Below are positions 28,001 to 40,000 of a stretch of 64,000 nt of DNA, piece by piece. Made by a program: the position numbers and the translations under genes. Origin of the DNA: Guillardia theta CCMP2712. Taxonomy: Eukaryota; Protista; Cryptophyta. The stretch covers positions 279,867-343,866 of the forward strand of contig NW_005434633.1 in NCBI RefSeq assembly GCF_000315625.1, given 5' to 3'. Below the pieces are notes generated by a model, which made no database searches, had not been told where the DNA came from, and saw only the letters and a list, made by a program, of their open reading frames with translations. The stretch's first letter is position 1, and each line of letters opens with the position of its first letter.

Positions 28001-31000
28001 TACAGCAACGGCACAAACTACTCGGCCAGCATGCTGCAGACCTGTCTGTCGACCCTGGAGGCAGGGAGCTCAGGCGAGATGTGTGTCTCGACGATGGGGG
28101 GCCACGACTACAGGTGTCCGCTGGGGCACTACTGTCCCGAGGGGCTCAAAGAGCCGGCCCTTGGCAGGTGTCCGCCAGGTACGTTCAACGCTCATCACGG
28201 ACTGAACAATGTCTCGCAATGCATGAGCTGTCCGCCAGGCATGTACTGCGCAGGGTCAGGGCTGGGCTGGCCTAGCGGGCCGTGCCTACCCGGGCGATAC
28301 TGTCGGGAGGGGTCGGCAGACGAGTACGGATCGAGGTGCGACAATCGCTCGGTAGCGTGCGACAGTCCACGGTGCGAACTGATGATAGCGCGCGTGATCG
28401 ACGGGACGGGATGCGGGGGGGAGTGTCCGGCAGGGTGGATATGTCCAGGGGGATCATGGGAGCCGCTACCCTGCCCGCCGGGACGGTACTGTGAGAAGGC
28501 TGGTATTGCAAACGCGACGGGACCATGCGACGCAGGATACTACTGCATGAGCGAGGCCGGGGGCTCGATCGGGAGCACGCCGACCCCCGCCGAGTCTGGA
28601 GGGCGGGGACCATGCCCGGCCGGGCACTACTGCCCGGTGGGCACTGTAGCACCAGTGAAGTGTCCTCGGGGCAGCTTCTCCTGGAACGAGAGGAACACGC
28701 AACTGTCGGACTGCACGGCATGTCTGGCAGGGCACTATTGCGGGAAGGAGGGCATGCCAAGAGGAGACATATATGCATGTCCGGAGGGCTACTACTGTCC
28801 TCAAGGAGCATGGCTCGCTCGAACCGTCAAGACCGTATGTACGAAAGGCCACGCTTGCCCTCAGAACTCGTCGTCCCCTGTACCATGTGCGGCCGGGTAC
28901 TACCAGGACGAGGTCGGGCAGAGCTCCTGCAAGACCTGCCTCCCAGGTCTCTTCTGTCCAGGTACGTCTGCTAGCGCGGATCCCAACGGCACCGTGGTCT
29001 GTCCGGTCGGTCACTACTGCCCTACGGGGTCATCGTCGCCAAGGCTGTGCGCAGCGGGGATGTACTCGAGGGACCGGGAGCAGGCGGTGTGCCAGTACTG
29101 CCCAAGGCGATACACATGCCCGACGCCGGGGACGGTAGAGCCGCTGCCGTGTCCGGTGGGTCACTACTGCGGCACTAACAACTCGTCTCCCGTGCCATGC
29201 CCGGCAGGTACGTACAGCAACCTGACCGAGCTAGAAGGCTCGTCGGAGTGTAGGCTGTGCGATCCCGGGAAGTACTGCAGTACGGCAGGGCTCACGTCTC
29301 CGACGGGAATGTGCGAGGCGGGCTATTTCTGCGAGGCTGGGGCGATCAACTCCGCAGGGGCGGCAGACGAGTACACGACGGGAGGCCGGCGGCGGGTGAT
29401 GGCATGTCCAGCAGGGCACTACTGCGTCACCGGAGCCAGCGTCCCCACGCCCTGTCCTCCGGGGACATACTGCGAGGGCGGGGACGCACAGCCGGTACCA
29501 TGCCCAGCGGGGACATACAACATGGAGGAGATGCAGACGAGCTGCAGGGCGTGTCCGGCAGGGTACCTGTGCTATCCGGAGGGAGTGGTAGACTACAGCA
29601 ACGGCACAAACTACTCGGCCAGCATGCTGCAGACCTGTCTGTCGACCCTGGAGGCAGGGAGCTCAGGCGAGATGTGTGTCTCGACGATGGGGGGCCACGA
29701 CTACAGGTGTCCGCTGGGGCACTACTGTCCCGAGGGGCTCAAAGAGCCGGCCCTTGGCAGGTGTCCGCCAGGTACGTTCAACGCTCATCACGGACTGAAC
29801 AATGTCTCGCAATGCATGAGCTGTCCGCCAGGCATGTACTGCGCAGGGTCAGGGCTGGGCTGGCCTAGCGGGCCGTGCCTACCCGGGCGATACTGTCGGG
29901 AGGGGTCGGCAGACGAGTACGGATCGAGGTGCGACAATCGCTCGGTAGCGTGCGACAGTCCACGGTGCGAGCTGATGATAGCGCGCGTGATCGACGGGAC
30001 GGGATGCGGGGGGGAGTGTCCGGCAGGGTGGATATGTCCAGGGGGATCATGGGAGCCACTACCCTGCCCGCCGGGTTTTTATTGTAGTCTTTCGGGGCAG
30101 GGATGGGTCACAGGACTATGTCCAGCGGGATCATACTGTGAGAATTCGAACGGTTATAGTGTTGTCACGGTTTGTCCGATCGGCTTTTACTGTCCCCCAG
30201 GTTCTCAATATCCTTTGGCATGTCCTCTTGGTACTTCCTCCAATCGTTACAACATTTCAAGTTCAACTGATTGCATTCCATGTCCAGCTGGATATTACTG
30301 CCCATCTGCTGTGACAGAGTGTAGCTCTCAGAATGTAGATTCTTGTTTGGGTTTGAAGGAGATTTGTCCGGAGGGATACTACTGCCCGCCGGGCAGTTAC
30401 ATCGGGTACAATCCAGAGCATATTTGTCCGAAGGGGCATTACTGCCCAGTCGGTTCCTCGTCAGCGCTGCCTTGCCCCCCCGGACAATACCAAGATTACA
30501 TTGAATCGTCCTCCTGCAAGCCTTGTTACGCTGGCGCCTACTGTCCAGGTGTAGGCAATGTCGACCCTACCATTCAAGATGATGGAGCAAACATCTGCCC
30601 TCAAGGACATTATTGCCCTGCTCTTTCAGCCAATGCAACGCCTTGTCCCATCGGATTCTTCAATCCACTGTTTGCATCAGTCAACATATCCGATTGTCAA
30701 ATATGTTTAGCGGGAATGTACTGCAACAACAGTGGACTTTCGTATCCCACAGGACTCTGTGACGCTGGGTATTTCTGCTTGCTGGGAGCGAAGACTGCAA
30801 ACCCAGTTGAGAACCTGTGCCCTCGAGGCTTTAAATGTCCTGCAGGTTCGAGATGGCCTTTGTTGTGTCCTGCTGGGACATATTCTCCGAATATGGGCGC
30901 TGCCTCCTGCAGGAATGTTGGAGGAGGATTTTATCTCAACATGAGCGGAGTAGTCTCGTTTGGGCTTGATTTTTTTGCAGACAATTTCACAGAAATCGAG

Positions 31001-34000
31001 TTATATTCTGCTTTCAAGCAAAAAGATTTGCCCAATTCCAAGTTCATATGCCAAACTCTTCATGATTCCTTGATTGGATGCGAGAATCGTGACTCGAATT
31101 TGACCGTGGATTCATTTGAGTTTTGCGACCAATTCAGAATAGCTCCAACGCAATGCTCGACCTCTCCTGAAGCAAGCAAAACCTGCTGTTCATGTGGTGG
31201 TGGGAAGAGAGATTTTGCAATCTGCGAAATTTTGACTGAAACTATCTTTGGAAAATGTGCTTCAGGATATTACTGCATAGAGGGATCGCCATCTCAATAC
31301 CCTCTGGCGGAATCGAATGAGGGGAAGGGGGACATTTGTCCGCCTGGCCATTACTGTCCTACCGGCACAACACGTCCAATAAAGTGCCCAGATGGTCAGT
31401 ATCAGACTGACTTTGGCAAAGACTATTGCCTAGACATTCCAGAGGGCTATTTCAGTCCAAATGACACAGCAACTTCAATCGAAATTTGCCTGCAGGGCCA
31501 CTACTGCCCCCGAGCGCATATCCTGTCACCTATCCCATGCCCCAGTGGTACTTACGGCAACATTACTGGAATGACAAAGCTTGAACAATGCTTTGCTTGC
31601 CTCCCAGGGATGTATTGTCCTGCTGAGGGCCAAGTATTGCCACGTGGACTTTGTTCGATGGGCTTCTTGTGCAAAGGTGGCGATGTCAACTGGAATCTGA
31701 ACTTGTCATACCTCTGTCCAGCTGGATATTATTGTCCTGCGGGAAGTGCAGACCCAACGCAATGCCCCCCTGGGACATATAATGACAAATTGGGAAGAGG
31801 AAGCGTTTCGGATTGTCTGCCATGCTTAGAAGGGCGGTACTGTCCGACAGCTGCCGTAGCCACAGATAATCTTACGGAATGTGATGAAGGTTTTTACTGT
31901 CCACAAGCCTTTGGCAGTTTCACTATGTCGCAGATCATCAAAAAGTTTGAAGCGCCCCTGTGGTGCGGCGTAATGGACTCTTTGAACGTTTTTGATATTC
32001 CCGTTGGAAGTTCTGTAGCAGCCCCACAGCAATACATCTGTCCAGTAGGCCACAAATGCCCCAAAGGTAGCGGACAACCTATCCTTTGCTGCGACTCGAC
32101 TTCCTCAGAGTACGGCAGCTGTGCCCTCTATCAACCTGGAAAGGGAAGCAATTCTTGTTATAAGTGTCCGGGCGGTCGGCATTGCTTGCAGAAAGCTGTT
32201 GGGAGCAGTATGGTCGTCAAATCCATTTTGTGTCCACTTGGATACTACTGCGAACTTGGGAATGTTCCCAAGATATGCCCTCCTGGGACTTACGGGAATC
32301 GAGAAGGATTGTCAGTGATAGAAGAATGCATTCCATGCATGCCTGGATTCTTCTGCAACAACGGAAGTATTCAGGGTCCATGCGAAGCTGGATTCTGGTG
32401 CAGTGGAAAAGCACAATGTCCGAATCCAGGAGACAATTCAACGTGTTCGAAAGATGTGATTGGAATCCAAGGTGGTACGCTCGTGAATGATTTGTGTCCG
32501 CCTGGCTCTTATTGCCCTTCTGGAACAAACGCACCGATTCGTTGCCCTGCCGGCACTTACATTGAACGATCCTCACCGTCGTATCCTGGCAGGTATTTGT
32601 GCGACTGCTTGGATTGTGAAGCAGGCAGCATGTGTACGGAAGGCACATCGGCCCTTGAGCCGTGCCCTAAAGGATTCTTTTGTCCAAATTCACGGAATTC
32701 GTCACAAGATTATCTTCGCGGAGCTTGTGTCGAATCCAAGAGCTCCTGCTCCATTCATCCAATGCCAGAACCATGCCCTCCAGGCACCTATCAACCTGAT
32801 GTCGGGAAGAAGAGCGCGGATGCCTGTCTCATTTGCGGTAATTTCTCATTTTCAGTGGATTACAGAGGCTACTATTGTCCAAACTACAATTCATCAAAAC
32901 AAACCATCTGCCCGGCAGGTCATTACTGTCCTGTCGGTATTGAGGATTCGGTGCCCTGTCCTGATGGATACTACTTGGAGCGAACGGGAGGTCGCTCAAT
33001 TGATGACTGCAAAGTCTGTCCAGGTGGAGCTTACTGTCCGAATGGAACTGTCACACCGCTTACATGCGACGAAGGGACGTTCTGTGTGAACGGATCGTCG
33101 TCCCCAACCATTTGCCCAAGTGGATACTATTGCCCAGCCAAGTCGGACATGCCGATACCCTGTCCTCCGGGAACCTTTTGTATAGCAGGGTCTATATCGC
33201 CACACATTTGCCCTCCTGGTACCTTCTGCCCGTGGAGATCTGAAGCAGCGTACCTATGTCCACTCGGAACATACGCTGAACCCAATGCGACGATTAACAG
33301 GACTTCTATAGAGGCCGCGTGTAGCCCGTGCGCCCGTGGATATTTTGGGGCGGATCCTACCAGAACTTCATGTGAACTTTGTTGGCCAGGGTACATGTGT
33401 TATGGAAGTACCATCCGTGGTGATCCAGTGAACGCTACGTCTGATCTGGGAGAAATATGTCCTGCCGGATATTATTGTGAGAGGGGATCGTACAAAGCAA
33501 CTCCTTGTCCAGCAGGAACATACAACAAAGAACCAAAGCAAGGCTCTTCTGCAGCGTGTATTCAATGTCCACGAGATTCTTTCAACGACAAACCAGGGCA
33601 AGCCGCATGCATTCCGTGCGGAGGGAGCGCTGTATCCAGAAATGACAGTCTGGAGTGTCAGTGCAAAGGTGCAAATCGCGTCTTTCAGCCATTCGATAGC
33701 GCCTGCCGTTGCATAGCTGGTTACACAGTCTACAACGGTCTCGGCGAAGCTCAACCCGATCAGGCAACAGCCGATGGAGTGACGGACTGTGAAGCGATCG
33801 TCATGCCGAGGTGCGGGCCAACTGAAATCAGGGGACCGTCTGGTGCTTGTGCAAGCTCGTGTCCTGATACATCTTGTGAACTTCCTCCTTGCTACTGCAT
33901 CAACGGAATAGACATCTGTAATAACACCTGTCCAAATTACCAGATCGCTAAGGCTGAGAAGATCCAGGTAAAAATCAACACATGCTTTGTTTCTCCTGAT

Positions 34001-37000
34001 TGATTTGAATTGCAGATTGACTCCACAGTTGGTACAGCTCTGACATGCACATGCCTCTGTCGAAACGACTCAACATTTCAGGAATGCGTTGACCCAAACG
34101 AGTTTCCAGCGCAGAAAACTTACGAAATCATTGTGGACAAAGCAGGAAATAGCATTCTCAAAGTAATCACGAGCACAGAGAACAGAACTTACTTTCTTGG
34201 CACAAAAGTACAAACCGGATCATCGGACACTTCACAAGCTACATTTTTGAGCACTTCAGGTGACGGCTTCACGGGTGTCCTCGACATACCAACGACATAT
34301 TTTGATGACCTGGGACTTCAGGAATGTGTGATGAACACTGATCAAATTTGTATCGAGAAGCAGGCCCTCCGTTCAAAGACATCTTGGAAAGATAAAGTTC
34401 AAGACATGCGAAGAAATAGCCTCCGAGCGACCGCTGCAGCATCGTCTGTGATTGGGGTACAATCACCCATCATGTGCTTGAAAGCGGGAGCAGGTGTCAT
34501 GTGGACGATCTCAGGGTCACTATCTGATTCCAGCGTGCACTATCCTGTGTATGTTTCGGACTCACTTCTCAACACCAATCCAACGTTTGATTACGGTGCT
34601 TTCGTAACTTTGAAAGACCAAATCTTGCGAGGAAACAATGTCTCGACCTTCTTCTTTCAGTTCGACACTCCAGGAATCTACGTTTTCAGAGACTCCGTGA
34701 CACCTACCAAGCAAGCGGTCATTGGTGTGGTTGCTCCTGTTCTTGACTGTCCAAAGGCATTTGAAACGAATCAAATTCAACCCATGTCGATTGATATCCT
34801 GAAATCGTTTCCAACATCTTCAAAAGATACTGTGATCAATCCAGATTACAAATTCATAACGATAGTGGCATTGTCTATCCTAATCATTTTCGTTGTAGCT
34901 GTGTTTTTGAACGTTCTCAGGAACCAACTAGGTTGGGGCAAGTCTCTGTCTTCAAGGCCCAAGTTTCGAAAACATGGTTCCCAACAGGACTACTTCTCCT
35001 TGGCTACAAGAAAGGAACGGTCGAGCGTTGGGAAGGAAGTTGGAAGTATCAAGACTATGGACGCAAGTTCTGAAGGTACCGAGCTGATGGGATTCAGTGT
35101 GAGCATGCTGTACGACAAGTTGGAGGATCAAAATAGCCTTGTGTCGGAGCAACTAACTCAGCAAAAGCAAGACATCCGCGAATTTTACGAAAAAGTGACG
35201 CGTGAGACGGCAACGCTGCGTGGTTTGGTTGATAGGAATCGCAATATGGGTTTCACTGAAGATGAATTACACAGAGCCAAGGAAAGAAAGAGTTTAATAT
35301 TGGAAGAAATCCACCGTCGAAAACAGATCGGGCTCACAGGCACTGTCGTGTTTGAAGAAGCCATGAAATCTATCTTTACAAAACCCGAAACAATTGAAAT
35401 CCTGCAAAAGCTTCAAGAGAGTTTGACGAAGCTCAACGAAAACTATTTGGCAGAAGCACAGGGTCCAGACGGTCATATCTCCAAATCAATCATAGAGGAG
35501 CTCGATGCCGCTGTTCGACAAAACATTCCCATCTTACCGAATTTTCAACCATTAGATGAAAATGGCGCAATACTGTTGTCTGGCTCCCGGCAACCATTTG
35601 CGAAGAAGGACCTTTTCGACTCGGAAGGCAATTTGAAGATCATTCCAGCAGTCATGGAGATCGATCGAGCGACCAAACTTGTCAAACCAGTTAAGGGGCT
35701 TGAAATGATGACTGGAAAAGGGCAGATCGTCCCAGTACCAGAGAATTGCTGTATTCACCCAATCTCAGGAAAGGTGATCCCGATGGAAGGCAACGTCTAT
35801 TTCGATCCGAGAAGGCGGTGTTTCAACTTTCTCTCGTGCATGGACTTCAAATCGCTGGTGGCTGGCCCATTGCCGTACGTTTGCAATCGTCAGAACCCGA
35901 AGTCAATGTGCTACCCCGATGCTGCTGCTTACATTCACCTGATTGCCAAGGAGGATAGAGGATTTCCCCTGAATGAGTCTCGAACGATGTTAGATCCTTT
36001 CACGGGGACTCGAGTGCCTGTCTTGGGTATTACCTCAAACCTCGCCACTGGGGAACTGCACGCAGTGGGAGGGGCGGTTCTTGATCCGGTCACTAATCTA
36101 CTGAAGCCTATACGTATAGGAGACTTGATGGAGGATCCGGAAACTAAGGAGGTATGCATGATCACTGGTGTGATGATCAGTGAAGAAACTTGCAATGTGG
36201 TGCCGCTGGGCTGCAGGTAATCATTAGCGTTTCTCTTCTCTCCGTATGATTTGACGAAAGTTTGTTTTTCTGCAGGAGAATAAATGAACAAGGGGTTGTT
36301 AAACATCTTGTCCCGGGTTGTGATGTTGTGGACATCTTTTCTGAAGAATCACTTGTATTGGGCTCGACTATTGCAAACCCCATGAACATCAAACATGTCA
36401 TTCCATCAGGCAGCCACGAAATATATGGTTTGCGAAATGCGAAACTTGACTTGGAAAAGGATATGTTAGATCGTCTATCAAAATTGAAAGGCAAAATATC
36501 TGCAATACAACCAAGTGAGGTCAAGTCCCTGCATAACATGGCATCCAAATTGATGGATGTAAACAGAAAGCTCATTGACAAAGCCTCAAGTTGGAGTGAG
36601 CTCGTGCTACAGCATCACAATGAAATGCTGGCTATCGCAGAAAATGGAGGCAAGATTGGAATGAAGTACGATTTTGTACTAGCTGAAGACCTGCCACTCT
36701 TGATCGGCTGCACATACTACGACGATACAAGTCGCCATGAGATTGTTGTCCTTGATGTTGAAGTGGATGAAGCCACTCAGCTGTTCGAAGGTCTAGGATG
36801 TACGATCATTGATCCGATCTCAGGCAATGTCGTGCCAGCAGTATTTGGTGGAAGAATGAAGGATCCGCATTCAAGGAATATAATTCCCGTAAATGGCATT
36901 AAACGCGATCCTAGCACATTTCAAGTTGTGCCTCAGTCGAATCTTTCGTCACCTGGGACAGAGACCGAAGCAATCAGCAGCAATGACAGTTTCAGTCTGA

Positions 37001-40000
37001 TCAGTGAGCTCCTGAAGAAACTCGCCGAGAATCAAACAAGCTCTGCAGCGCTTCAGAGTGTGATGCAGAAACTTCAAAACAAACCAGCTGTCGCTAAAGC
37101 TCAGCCCTATTCTGATGATGAGATGGAGGAATCCGAGTACGAAAGTGAAGGCACGGAGTCTGCGATCGACGTGGACGAGACCTCGGCTCCTTCTTCTGTG
37201 TCGGAGATTGAAATCGATGCCATAGACCCCGACGAAAAGTTCGTCAGCGATCTGAGAAAAAAAGGTCAAAATGTGTTGATGATCCTCTCTCAAATCGTTT
37301 GCGACGACCCCGAAGCCCTTGCCAAGGCTGTGCAAGAGCTTGAAAACTATCATTACTCCAGGGTTGAAGAATTCATCCACAGACTGAAGAAGCACTTTGG
37401 GCAACGAGAGGAAGCCAATAGGCTGATTGCAGAAACTTCTGAAACTGAAATTTCGGGCCAAGTGAGATCGATTCAAAATGAAATCGTGAAAGAAGTTTTT
37501 GAGAATGACAAACAGCTGGTAAAAGAATTGTTCGAGCGTTTGCACCTCGAAAATTTGGAGTCTCTTGTGAAAAGCCGGAAGAACGATCTCCTGCAAGAAT
37601 TCAGTGGAGAGCATAGCGTTTCAGCAGGAGACAAGACAAGATACAGAATCGCCAATGAGCTCAATCGCAAGTACGTCGAAGAGTCGGACCGTATGCGAAA
37701 CGAAAGTTTGAATCAGTTCTGGAACTTCCTAGAGGAAGCTGATGACGGTCTTATCACAACCATAAAGCATTCCCAGATGAGCAGAGAGAACCTGATGGAC
37801 GCGGTCAGGTCGCACGGAGAAAACATCAACACCTTCTACGACTCCATGGAGAAAGATCTTGAGGATCAGCTTGAACAGCTTCTGATGGAGAAGGAGAAGG
37901 CAGTCTCAAAGAAAGTTGCCATCCTCGATGCTCACATCCACGGTCGTACAGGAAAAGCACTCTGGAAGAAGGTAAAGCTCGTTTTCCAGCTCACAAGGTT
38001 GAAGGGAATGAAGCAGCAAGACACTCAGCAGATCCTGCCGGACGAGAGTCGACTGAAGGAGTACGAGCAGGCGCTAAATGAGTTCACCGAGTCGAAACTG
38101 CAGTCCTTCGAGGAACAGATCGAGGGTGAGATACAGGGGAAGACGTCTCAATATGATGCAGAATTCTTGAAGAGACTGGAAGGGAGTGAAGTTGAAGACC
38201 CTGAGGCGATCAAAGAATTGTTGCAGAATCACGATCTAGAGCGACAGAAGTTGCTGGAGAGATTGAACATGGACAAGATGTCTCAAATGGAGGAGTTGAA
38301 GAAGCAGCTCGAAGAAAGGAAGACAAAGAAGATGATCAAGCTCAAGGCTGAAATTCATGAGAGAGCAGCTCAACAGCCCGACAGCCTAAAGACAGAAGAA
38401 GGCTCCAAGCTCTTCCAGATACAGTCAGATCTCCTCATAGAGCAGGAGATCGAGGTCACTAAGCTTGAAGCAGCTCTGACTCGACAAGAATGCTCTGAGA
38501 TGTCCGAAGTTCGCAATCACAACTTGTTGATCTTCGAAGCTGAACAAGCGACTCTCAAGCAGGAAGCAAACGAACGCATCCGGGCGGCCTCCAGTGATTC
38601 AGAGAGAGCGAGGCTGATTGATGAGCATGAGATACAGTTGGCAAAACAGACTCTCATGCAAAATGTGGCCAAGGGCAAGAGCGAGGAGGAGCTGAGGAAT
38701 CGTCTTTCAGAGCGCAGAAAGAAAAGGGAACAATTCCTGCAGCTGCAGCACGAGAGGCAGAACGAGATGGTAGTCTCTGGCAAAGAAGCCGAGTCTATTG
38801 CGAGCGAGGTCAACCATTTCAAGAAGGAAACAGCTCTGGTGTTGAAGCACGAGCAAGAGAGAGCAAACGAGCTGCGGGAACAATTGCTGCAGGCCCAATC
38901 CGAGATCCAGATGCTCAAGGATGAGCTGAAGCTGCACGTGAAGAAGCAAATCGAAGAGCAGGAAAAGAAGATCGAGCGCGACCTCAATGCGTCCTCTGAC
39001 GAGAGGCGCGAAGAGTTGCTCCGACAGCACACACAAGACATTGAAAACCTGCGCAACATGGAGCAAGCCGACGCCGCTCGTCAACTTGCAAACTTGGAGA
39101 AGCATCTTCAATCGAAGAATGCAAAGAAGAAGAAGAAGTTGGAACAATCGCATGCAAAACAGATGAAAGAACTCAAGACCCAGCTTGAAAACGAGAAAAT
39201 TCAACATCTGACTGCAGACGAAATCAGCTCATCTGTGGAAAAGGAATTTGCAGACAAAGAGAGGATTGAAGCAGAAAACATCACCATGAAGATGGAAGAA
39301 CAGAAGAAGAAAGTGATAGCTGAAGCTAACGAAGAATTCATGATGAAGATCAAAGACGATCTAAGTGAAGACGAGAAGCAGAGGCTTATCTCTCAACATG
39401 AGGAGAACTTAGCCAAGTTGTCCAAGTACATCGACAAGGAGAATGCACGAAGACAAGAAGCTCTGAAAGCACAACTTCTTGAAAAACGGAAGAAGAAAGA
39501 AGAGAGAATGATGGCAAGAAAGCATCAGAAAGAAAAACAAGATGAAATTGTCAACAAGCAGCGACAAGAACTGGATCAACTCGAGAAGGAACAAGAGAGG
39601 GAGAGAAAAGAGCAACTGAAAAGATTGGAGGAAGAGCTCCAAAAGGAAAAGGATGAGGAGCTACAGAGGATTCTCGCAGCAGAAGCGAACGTTCCTGCTC
39701 CTGACGTGCAGGAATCAGAGAGCAAGATCGAAGAGGGTGACATTCCAGGTTCAGTGTTGAGCCAGGACACAGAGAAAGAAAAACTGCTCGAGGAAGCACA
39801 CAACAAAGAGAATACCATAAGGAATCAAGCTTCTCTTGACCGTCAGAAGCAGGAACAAGATTTGCAACAGAGACTGGAAAAGAAGAAAGAGAAGAGGATG
39901 TTGGAGTTGAAGCGGAAACAGGAAGCAGAGATGGAACAGAAGCTTTATGAGCAAGTCGAAGAAGCGACCAAGATGCTGGAGTTAAGCTCAGCCGAGCAGA

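Noticed and set aside
20321-30075. Repeat array as a pure assembly artefact
   Set aside because: Copies carry distinguishing substitutions (VIDVT/VIDGT/AIDGT, GNERD/GNERN/WNERN, YPGG/YPEG) and unique in-frame cassettes, which favours real duplication. The exact copy number still needs long reads.
14977-30087. Many repeated Arg/Gly-rich ORFs on alternative frames and the minus strand (e.g. 203-aa ORFs at 20173, 21766, 26071, 27664, 29257)
   Set aside because: Shadow ORFs of the GC-rich repeated cassettes of the giant gene, with no independent coding signal.
33968-36275. Apparent breaks between ORFs 7004-34003, 34010-36220 and 36262-41673 suggesting an operon, frameshift or pseudogene
   Set aside because: Canonical short GT-AG introns with correct phase explain each break.
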